Both the position numbers and the translations under genes were made by a program. The notes beneath the pieces are model-generated. The model was not told where the DNA came from. It searched no databases and saw only the letters and a program-made list of their open reading frames with translations. 61,826 bases of DNA from a virus (Duplodnaviria > Caudoviricetes): IMG/VR virus record IMGVR_UViG_3300021957_000032, positions 1-61,826 of that record. The stretch is one strand, 5' to 3'. Positions 27,072-33,628 of the stretch are shown piece by piece; the first letter of the stretch is position 1; the number at the start of each line of letters is the position of its first letter.

Positions 27072-27383
27072 CTATTTATTTAGGTTAAACATTGTTTTCT
27101 CTATCATTAATTCTATTGGCTTTCTTTCTGTGTACTCTTTGGTTTTTTTGTTGTAGTATGATTGCTTTATTACTTTACCATCTACCTTCAATCTAAAGCT
27201 CAGCCAATCTCCAAATTGTTTTTTGGTCTGTTCGATTGTACAGAAGTGGTGCGAGTTCTTGCTTCCACTCCCTACTTTCATATTGATACTTGAGTGGTCA
27301 TGCACTCCGTATGATTTGTTTCCGTTTGCATATGCACAAGAATTTATCTCGTTCCATATTGAGTATTGTCTTCCGAATCCCAT
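27072..27383 (-). CDS. Hypothetical early protein
   Basis: 103-aa ORF. Confidence 0.65.
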   Translation of the reverse strand: MGFGRQYSIWNEINSCAYANGNKSYGVHDHSSINMKVGSGSKNSHHFCTIEQTKKQFGDWLSFRLKVDGKVIKQSYYNKKTKEYTERKPIELMIEKTMFNLNK

Positions 27384-27397
27384 ATCTTTTTTATTTA

Positions 27398-27613
27398 TTA
27401 GTTATACATTCCAAACGCCACATTGTTATCAAGTCCGTTTGCTATTAGATTATAAATTAATGTTACAAATCCTACTACAAATAGTATTGATAAACCCATA
27501 AGAAAAACTCTTAAGATGAGTGTGAACACCGTTCCCCTGAACGTTGTTACAACTTGTCCTTGTCTGTCTCTTACTTGTGTAGTCTCTGCTAATTCTCTGA
27601 TGATTGTTCCCAT
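27398..27613 (-). CDS. Small membrane protein
   Basis: 71 aa with a long hydrophobic helix. Confidence 0.65.
   Translation of the reverse strand: MGTIIRELAETTQVRDRQGQVVTTFRGTVFTLILRVFLMGLSILFVVGFVTLIYNLIANGLDNNVAFGMYN
27515..27528 (+). repeat. 14-bp motif GATGAGTGTGAACA, copy 5
   Basis: Exact match; TTAA upstream is shared with copy 4. Confidence 0.9.
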
Positions 27614-27625
27614 AATTATTAATTG

Positions 27626-27817
27626 TTATTTGTTATTATTCTTTTCTTTTAAATCCATTATTGTTAGTGGCACGTATAATGCCAAGCACCCCACGAAAAA
27701 CATTAAGGCTGCGACAGATCTGTCCCCCTCTATTAAACTTTGATGTGCTGCTCTCCACGCATTCACGCAAACAAATATTGTGAATAGTGTAATGATTACT
27801 CTTTGTACTTTTTTCAT
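27626..27817 (-). CDS. Small two-helix membrane protein
   Basis: Likely start ATG 27817 (MKKVQRVII); two hydrophobic segments. Confidence 0.6.
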   Translation of the reverse strand: MKKVQRVIITLFTIFVCVNAWRAAHQSLIEGDRSVAALMFFVGCLALYVPLTIMDLKEKNNNK

Positions 27818-27821
27818 TTGA

Positions 27822-28034
27822 TTAGATTTTTTGTAGCTCTCTTGCGATTGCTCGTTCGACTCTTCTAAATTTGTAAATTCTTGTTGCCTCTGTCCAGGAA
27901 CACTGGACTTCGTGCATAATGTCTTTGACAACCTCTCCAAAGTTTTTATTAAATTGAATTTGTTTGTCTCTTTCTTCTTTTGCCACTTGTTCGATTACTA
28001 CAGTAACCGAGTTGGTTTTGATACGTTTTCTCAT
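27822..28034 (-). CDS. Basic hypothetical early protein
   Basis: 70 aa; first ORF after the long non-coding RNA region. Confidence 0.65.
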   Translation of the reverse strand: MRKRIKTNSVTVVIEQVAKEERDKQIQFNKNFGEVVKDIMHEVQCSWTEATRIYKFRRVERAIARELQKI

Positions 28035-28057
28035 TTGTAAATTATTAATTGATTAGA

Positions 28058-28102
28058 TGGCATGGAGGGATTCGAACCCTCAGCAGTCCTAACTACATGC
28101 CA
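28058..28102 (-). ncRNA. tRNA-like mini-element (acceptor stem plus T arm, no anticodon arm)
   Basis: TGGCATG-TAGTTAGGACTGCT-GAGGG-TTCGAAT-CCCTC-CATGCCA: 7-bp acceptor stem, 5-bp T stem, canonical T loop. Confidence 0.75.
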
Positions 28103-28595
28103 AACATATTACCTTGATACATTCCTGTCTTCCCAATATTGTATCTCTGTAATATCGTTTCTCTTTCGGTTTACAACACAGACTCTCCACTTGCTAGGTG
28201 TGTCTGTCTGTCCGTTCTAGTAATAACGAGAGGCAATTTTACGGCTCTCTACTATATCGAAATAATATAGTTCACTCTATGCTTTATAGGTAGTCTTGAT
28301 ACTTTACCCTTACATAGCCTCTACCTCATACAATTTGGTAGGTTATCAGTTATCTAAATACTTTAAGCCATAGGCGTTGCCATACGTGTACAAGGTGTTT
28401 TTGATAGTCTAGGCGTTGCCATAGATTACCCCTTGAGGTGCTTTGTATTACGTTGTAATTTTTTACGTGCCTGAATACTTGTTTTGAGTTTCATCTTGAG
28501 TTTAGTAAGGGCATAGATTACCCTTGTGTCGTATAGGTGCCGACTCTCTTTATCTACTAACTAACAATAGAATTGTTTCAAGTATCCAATATGTC
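28103..28595 (-). ncRNA. Candidate large structured ncRNA (~490 nt)
   Basis: No ORF of 60 aa or more; more than 12 helices found by eye; 5' GACATATTG pairs with 3' TAATATGTT. Confidence 0.6.
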
Positions 28596-28602
28596 AAAGA
28601 AC
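28587..28602 (-). promoter_or_regulatory. boxA-like antitermination element
   Basis: GTTCTTTGACATATTG resembles rRNA-operon boxA (E. coli TGCTCTTTAACA). Confidence 0.55.
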
Positions 28603-28626
28603 GAGATTAAAAAAACTTTTACGCTT

Positions 28627-28689
28627 GTACGCTTTGCGATACAAAAACATTTTTAAAATCCTACCTTTAAAACGTACGCTTTGCGATAC
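28627..28689 (-). repeat. Two copies of the bulged hairpin GTA-T-CGC-AAA-GCG-TAC
   Basis: Identical 16-mers at 28627-28642 and 28674-28689; related copies at 28371-28384 and 28410-28423. Confidence 0.85.
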
Positions 28690-28792
28690 GCTAAAGAGGT
28701 GCAATTTTATAGACTTTTTTTGTCTTTAGAACCCCCTCAAAATATGAGTTTTGCAACGCCCTAAAGACGTTTAAAGGGGGTTTTGGTGGTAA

Positions 28793-29281
28793 CTATGCTT
28801 TGACTAATTTAGCCGAAATAATAGCATTTAAAGAGGTCTCAAAATCCAAACCTTTTTCGATTTGTAGCTTTGTTATGCCTTGAATAAGTTGTTCAAATCT
28901 ATATACGTTAAAATTCCCTTTAATTAGTGTTACGGCTTCAGATAACAAAGGAATAAATTTAGCCTTGTTTTTTTCAGAGGTTAAAAAATTAATAGCTTTT
29001 TTGCACTCGTTTTGGTACGCAATATTTTTGTGCGATTTCGTGCTAACATTGTCAAGTTTTGCCGTTCTTTTTACCTCTAACAAGCAAAGCATCGCATCGG
29101 TTTTATATGCGTTCTTTTCGGTTTTTCTTCTAGCACTTTGCACGTTCGCAAATTGTGGGTTTAATGCACGTTTTTTAGCGATTGCCTCTTTTTGTGCGTT
29201 TGTCATTGGTTTACGTGTTACGACTTTTTTAGCCGTTGCGATTGTGTTAACTACTGAATTACTTTTAATTGAATTCTTCAT
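28793..29281 (-). CDS. First early gene: basic Lys/Ala-rich protein, candidate nucleic-acid binder
   Basis: 162 aa directly after the consensus promoter; N-terminal basic helix RKPMTNAQKEAIAKKRALN...SARRKTEK. Confidence 0.7.
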   Translation of the reverse strand: MKNSIKSNSVVNTIATAKKVVTRKPMTNAQKEAIAKKRALNPQFANVQSARRKTEKNAYKTDAMLCLLEVKRTAKLDNVSTKSHKNIAYQNECKKAINFLTSEKNKAKFIPLLSEAVTLIKGNFNVYRFEQLIQGITKLQIEKGLDFETSLNAIISAKLVKA

Positions 29282-29320
29282 AATAATAAAAATTTAAGTT
29301 GTTTGGCTTCATTGCCGTTA

Positions 29321-29352
29321 CAAATCTAAGGCTTTTTTATTTATTAGACAAA
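29321..29352 (-). promoter_or_regulatory. Consensus Bacteroidota housekeeping promoter (early)
   Basis: TTTG-20nt-TAGATTTG, followed by a small 5' hairpin GGC-AATGAA-GCC (29305-29316). Confidence 0.8.
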
Positions 29353-29640
29353 ATAAAAACAAAAATAAAACAAAATAAATTCTTGATCTTTTTAACTGAG
29401 CTTTTAAAATGAATAGTTAAATTGTTGATTATCAGCGTCTTAAGTCGTCAAAGTAATGCTGGAAATCGCAAAATAAAAATTCAAAATAATTTAAAAATAA
29501 ATTTATTCAATAGGTTTTTATTGTGTTTTGGTGTGTTTTTTTTGGTGGGTTTAGTATTAAAAAAGTTAAGCATTTTAAAAAATTAGGGCATTGTTAACCC
29601 TTTCTTTAGTATTGTGTAAAACAAAAACAAAGGGGGCAAA

Positions 29641-29729
29641 GGGTTTGTTTTGTGTGTGTGTGTGGGTGCGTGGCATGGCGTGGGGGCGTGGGGCGTGGGT
29701 GGTGGTGGTGGTGTGGGGGTGTGGGGTGT
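29641..29729 (+). repeat. G/T-rich low-complexity tract
   Basis: (TG)n, GGGGCGT and (GGT)n runs; a single A in 89 nt. Confidence 0.9.
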
Positions 29730-29872
29730 AGCAAAAAGCTAAAAAGATGCAACAATAAAAACGGCTTTTAAAAGTACCCCCCCTATCAAAAAAAAGATCG
29801 CCTTCCGATGAGGGATGATCGCTGTATTTTATATTATTACCCAGAGCCTCTTTATAAGTGATATTAATTTTG

Positions 29873-29880
29873 TATATTTG
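29873..29880 (+). promoter_or_regulatory. -7 promoter box at the start of the plus-strand block
   Basis: TATATTTG 3 nt before ATG 29884. Confidence 0.6.
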
Positions 29881-29883
29881 TAA

Positions 29884-30030
29884 ATGGAAGCATGGGAAAT
29901 AGAAATACAAAACAGGATCCCTGTTGGGATTGCAATTGGCTGGAGTCTTTATAATAAAGATGAAAGTTATGATTTTGGTGAATTAATAATTTACCTAGGA
30001 ATAATAAGTTTACATTTTAAATGGCAATGA
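29884..30030 (+). CDS. Small hypothetical protein (48 aa, below the ORF-track cutoff)
   Basis: MEAWEIEIQNRIPVGIAIGW...LHFKWQ. Confidence 0.6.
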   Translation: MEAWEIEIQNRIPVGIAIGWSLYNKDESYDFGELIIYLGIISLHFKWQ

Positions 30031-30031
30031 T

Positions 30032-30238
30032 ATGATTAGTAAAAAACCGATAATGAAAGAGTATATGTCTTCACGTAACAAACATGAGCTAGATGGTCAT
30101 GGACAGTATTACGAAATGGGGATTAAAAAATTAGCTAGCTTTAAAAAAGCTAAAGATCGTGCTAAGGATATTAGTATGATAGCTGAAGGAATTGAATTAG
30201 CAGAAGCTAAAAAGAATTTCTTTAGTATATATAAATAA
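30032..30238 (+). CDS. Hypothetical protein
   Basis: 68-aa ORF. Confidence 0.6.
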   Translation: MISKKPIMKEYMSSRNKHELDGHGQYYEMGIKKLASFKKAKDRAKDISMIAEGIELAEAKKNFFSIYK

Positions 30239-30272
30239 TTTCTTCCCACAATTTATATTGTGTTTCTCAGAG

Positions 30273-30304
30273 AAAGGGGTTTAACTTCGGTTAGCCCCTT
30301 TTTT
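30273..30304 (+). terminator. Intrinsic terminator
   Basis: AAGGGGTTTAAC-TTCG-GTTAGCCCCTT followed by a T tract. Confidence 0.8.
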
Positions 30305-30489
30305 GTGTCGTTTTATGTCGGCCTATGTCGATTTTGTGTCGATTATTTTTCTTGTAACTAACTGATTTCTAACTATTAACTATCTTTTATGTCGATTATG
30401 TCGGTTTTTATTCTAATTATATAGATAATAAAAAATATAAATAGTATAATTACTATATATATATATATAGAAACATAAAATCGACATTC
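30304..30489. other. Putative replication origin: TRTGTCG iterons plus an AT-rich unwinding region
   Basis: Six TRTGTCG copies (four at 10-11 bp spacing), an AT-rich core with a (TA)n palindrome at 30453-30470, and an inverted CGACAT at 30482. Confidence 0.55.
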
Positions 30490-30509
30490 GTCATGAACTT
30501 TAATTTTTG

Positions 30510-30517
30510 TATATTTG
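30510..30517 (+). promoter_or_regulatory. -7 promoter box for groEL
   Basis: TATATTTG upstream of ATG 30541. Confidence 0.6.
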
Positions 30518-30540
30518 CATTAATCTAATAAAATGAAAAT

Positions 30541-32106
30541 ATGAATCCAAAAGAATTATCCTTCGATCAAGAGGGGAGAGACAAATTATTAAACGGAATC
30601 ACTACAATTTCCAGAGCAGTTAAAAGTACATTAGGGCCACTCGGCAAAACAGTATTAATAGAATCACCAAACCACAGAGGAGGAATTACAATTACAAAAG
30701 ACGGTGTGACTGTAGCTAAATCAATTGACTTAGAAGACTCGGTAGAGAATCTAGCAATTACTATGATGAAGGAGGCTGCAGACCGAACAGCAACCTCAGC
30801 AGGAGACGGAACTACTACTGCGATTGTTTTAACTGAGGCTATTGTAAAGGAAGGAATGCGTTTGATTCAGAGAAACCCTGAGATAAATACCACACAATTA
30901 ATTAGAGACATCAAGTCTCATTCAGAGGAGGTAATAAAATCTTTAAGCAGTTCATCAAAAAAAGTAACTGGAAAAACATTACGTGATGTTGCTACAATAT
31001 CTGCGAACAACGATTCTGTTTTAGGAAAGATGATTGCTAGTGCGTACAAAGAGTTGGGTAAAGACGGAATACTTACAGTAGAAAATAGTAAGACTGAAAA
31101 AACATACTACGAGGTAACTAAAGGAATTAAGATTGACAGAGGATATTCTTCAAAGCTATTTATCAATAATCACAGAAACGATGAATGTATACTAGATGAT
31201 GTATATGTTTTGATGACGGACATGGAGATTACCAATATACTTCAGATTGAAAATATATTAAAGCCAATAATAAACCAAAACAAAAAACTTCTAGTGATTG
31301 GGAACTGTTCTCAAAATGTAACAAACACATTAGCAGCGAATGTAGTTCAGAATAATTTAAAGCTCTGTAATATTATACCACCATCGTTTGGTTACAAAAC
31401 AAATGAACTGATGAGTGATATTGCTTTGGCAATAGGTGCAAAATATTTTAGCGAGTCGCAGGGCGACAACATTGGGATGTTGACAATGGAAGATTTAGGA
31501 CATGCTGATAAAATTATTGTAGGAAAAGATGGAACTGTAATTATGAATGACGAAGTTCAAGATGCTAAGTCTAGAATTTCTGAGTTGAAAGTTCAGAAAG
31601 AAAACAATAAGGACAAGAAAGAAAGAGATTTCATTACCGAACGTATTGCATTGTTGTCAGGAGCTGTAGGCGTAATTTATGTTGGGGCTGATTCTGATAT
31701 TGAGCAGAAAGAAAAGTATGATCGTGTAGAAGATGCAGTATGTGCAGTAAAATCAGCGATTGAAGAAGGAATTCTTCCAGGAGGAGGGGTAGCTCTTTTG
31801 AGATGTGCAGAAAAACTAGGAGACGGAGACTCAAATGACGTTATGTACGGAGCTTTGATTTCACCACTAGAGCAGATACTTACAAATGCAGGTGAAAACA
31901 TAAAAGAAATTAGAGATAAAATTTGTAGTTGTGCAGATGCTCCACATAATTTTGGATATGACGTAAAAAATAAAGTTTTTGGCGACATGTACAAGATGGG
32001 AGTTATAGATCCTGCAAAAGTTACAAAGAATGCGTTGAAAAATGCAGTAAGTGTAGCGACAACAATATTAAGCACCAATGCAATTGTAACAATGAAAAGA
32101 AAATAA
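30541..32106 (+). CDS. groEL: Chaperonin GroEL (phage-encoded)
   Basis: TLGPLG, ITKDGVTVAK, GDGTTTA, GILPGGG, GVIDPAKV. Confidence 0.97.
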   Translation: MNPKELSFDQEGRDKLLNGITTISRAVKSTLGPLGKTVLIESPNHRGGITITKDGVTVAKSIDLEDSVENLAITMMKEAADRTATSAGDGTTTAIVLTEAIVKEGMRLIQRNPEINTTQLIRDIKSHSEEVIKSLSSSSKKVTGKTLRDVATISANNDSVLGKMIASAYKELGKDGILTVENSKTEKTYYEVTKGIKIDRGYSSKLFINNHRNDECILDDVYVLMTDMEITNILQIENILKPIINQNKKLLVIGNCSQNVTNTLAANVVQNNLKLCNIIPPSFGYKTNELMSDIALAIGAKYFSESQGDNIGMLTMEDLGHADKIIVGKDGTVIMNDEVQDAKSRISELKVQKENNKDKKERDFITERIALLSGAVGVIYVGADSDIEQKEKYDRVEDAVCAVKSAIEEGILPGGGVALLRCAEKLGDGDSNDVMYGALISPLEQILTNAGENIKEIRDKICSCADAPHNFGYDVKNKVFGDMYKMGVIDPAKVTKNALKNAVSVATTILSTNAIVTMKRK

Positions 32107-32107
32107 T

Positions 32108-32365
32108 ATGAAAGCAATAGGTAAGTACATTGTAATTACAGAAATCAAAGAACAGCAGAAAACTGAGTCAGGTATTTTACTAACGTCTGACGATAGTAAC
32201 TTGCTAAGGTACAAAAAAGGTTTGATAAAGATTCCAGGGACTGAAGTGTCTGTAGTATCTGAGGGTGACGTTATTTATTATGATAAAAACGCAGGTCACA
32301 AAATGATGTTAGAAGAAGAGGTAGTTACAATTATATATGAAAGAGATATTGTAGTAGTTCTCTAA
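32108..32365 (+). CDS. groES: Co-chaperonin GroES
   Basis: KTESGILL mobile loop, VSEGDVIYY, ERDIVVV; adjacent to groEL. Confidence 0.85.
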   Translation: MKAIGKYIVITEIKEQQKTESGILLTSDDSNLLRYKKGLIKIPGTEVSVVSEGDVIYYDKNAGHKMMLEEEVVTIIYERDIVVVL

Positions 32366-32387
32366 TATTTTATACATATACTAATTA

Positions 32388-32428
32388 ATCTGTAAAGAAA
32401 ATCGAAAAATCTTTACAGATTTTTTTTT
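32388..32428. terminator. Hairpin terminator between convergent genes
   Basis: ATCTGTAAAGA-11nt-TCTTTACAGAT followed by a T tract. Confidence 0.6.
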
Positions 32429-32880
32429 ATCTCTTGATTCATTTTCTTAATTATCTTACGATAAACTTTTTGAGAATAATCAGCATTAGGATCAAACATA
32501 GGATTCCGTCTTCTGTCCTCAGAGACGGTTTCTTCCATGTTTAATTTTTTATAAATCGAAGCGCATATGCGCTTACCAGAAAACCCAAGCTCATATAATG
32601 TAGACTCACGCCCTTTACGTTTACGCCATACGACAATTAGTTTATCTTTTAATAGATTGTGAAATCTGTTTTTATCCCAAGACATTATCTCGTTGAATTC
32701 CTCAAAGTCTTTTTGAGTAAATAGTTCTTCACTATATAAAAACAAAAGCATTTCAATATCAGCAGTACCTAATCCGTATTTGACCTTAGCCCATTGTTTT
32801 ACGACTTTCCAATATTTTAGATAATCACTTTTAGGTTGATATCTAGCATATACCTTGCTAATCTTTCTTCGAATTTTCAT
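32413..32880 (-). CDS. Putative winged-helix transcriptional regulator
   Basis: ADIEMLLFLY...FHNLLKDKLIVVW...LYELGFSGK (MarR-like pattern); the only minus-strand gene in the late block. Confidence 0.5.
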   Translation of the reverse strand: MKIRRKISKVYARYQPKSDYLKYWKVVKQWAKVKYGLGTADIEMLLFLYSEELFTQKDFEEFNEIMSWDKNRFHNLLKDKLIVVWRKRKGRESTLYELGFSGKRICASIYKKLNMEETVSEDRRRNPMFDPNADYSQKVYRKIIKKMNQEIKKNL

Positions 32881-32893
32881 TTAATTAAATTTG

Positions 32894-32909
32894 TATCTTT
32901 GCAAAGATA
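32894..32909. promoter_or_regulatory. Palindromic pair of face-to-face -7 boxes
   Basis: TATCTTTGCAAAGATA reads TATCTTTG on both strands, between divergent genes. Confidence 0.65.
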
Positions 32910-32920
32910 ACTTATTTATT

Positions 32921-33235
32921 ATGGCATTAAGTAGAACAGCTAAATTTTACCGAGACAACCCAGAGGCTAGAAAAAAACATAGAGCCTACCAAGCTAAGTA
33001 TAATAAAAAAAGAAAATCAATAAAACAACGTGTTGCTGATAACCGAGAAAACCGAAAGAAAGGAACTTACGGCAACTATGATGGATTAGATGTTTCCCAT
33101 AAAGGAAAAGGAAGATATGTTCTTGAGTCTGAAAAAAAGAATCGAGGTAGTAAGACTAACACTCCTGGAGACAAAAGAGCTAGAGGGAAAAAAGGAAAAG
33201 GAAGAAAAAATAAAGGTAATACAGGAGGTAAATAA
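32921..33235 (+). CDS. Basic protein with a degenerate HNH-like motif
   Basis: Likely start ATG 32921; GLDVSH...ESEKKNRG. Confidence 0.5.
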   Translation: MALSRTAKFYRDNPEARKKHRAYQAKYNKKRKSIKQRVADNRENRKKGTYGNYDGLDVSHKGKGRYVLESEKKNRGSKTNTPGDKRARGKKGKGRKNKGNTGGK

Positions 33236-33249
33236 AAAAAAATAAAACT

Positions 33250-33453
33250 ATGGGATGTGAGTCAGTAAAAGATCCAAAGAAAAGAAAGCAATGTGAAGAA
33301 GCTAATAAGCAACTAAAAACTCACGTGGCTAAAGAAAGGGCTGAAAGTAATTTCAATAATCAAAACTTTGAAATGCTTGCTGCCCAAAGAGCTAAACGAG
33401 AAGCTTTAAGAGGGCCAGCTGCGAAAGCACTAAAACCGTTAAAAGAAAAATAA
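33250..33453 (+). CDS. Small basic hypothetical protein
   Basis: 67-aa ORF. Confidence 0.6.
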   Translation: MGCESVKDPKKRKQCEEANKQLKTHVAKERAESNFNNQNFEMLAAQRAKREALRGPAAKALKPLKEK

Positions 33454-33617
33454 TGGGACTAGGAGCAGCTATAGGAAACGGAATACCTTTTCAAGATAAA
33501 AGAAACGAAGATATACCTGAAATCTGTTTTATTATAACAGAGTTAGATGATTTTTGTGAGCAAGAAACAGTAATTGGAGATAGCAGAATGATTCCAGAAC
33601 TATGCGTAACTCCTTAA
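33453..33617 (+). CDS. Small hypothetical protein (54 aa, below the ORF-track cutoff)
   Basis: MGLGAAIGNGIPF...ELCVTP; TAATG coupling to the upstream gene. Confidence 0.6.
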   Translation: MGLGAAIGNGIPFQDKRNEDIPEICFIITELDDFCEQETVIGDSRMIPELCVTP

Positions 33618-33628
33618 AATAAATAAAA

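Noticed and set aside
28058-28102. Canonical tRNA or tmRNA gene
   Set aside because: There is no anticodon arm. Both acceptor strands lie within 45 nt, so it cannot be the split tRNA-like domain of a tmRNA, and no tag reading frame is enclosed.
28371-28689. CRISPR mini-array
   Set aside because: Repeats are only 14-16 nt, of two sequence types and irregularly spaced; no cas genes are present.
29575-29910. 111-aa minus-strand ORF with a His/Thr/Pro run
   Set aside because: It is the translation of the G/T low-complexity tract and has no credible start context.
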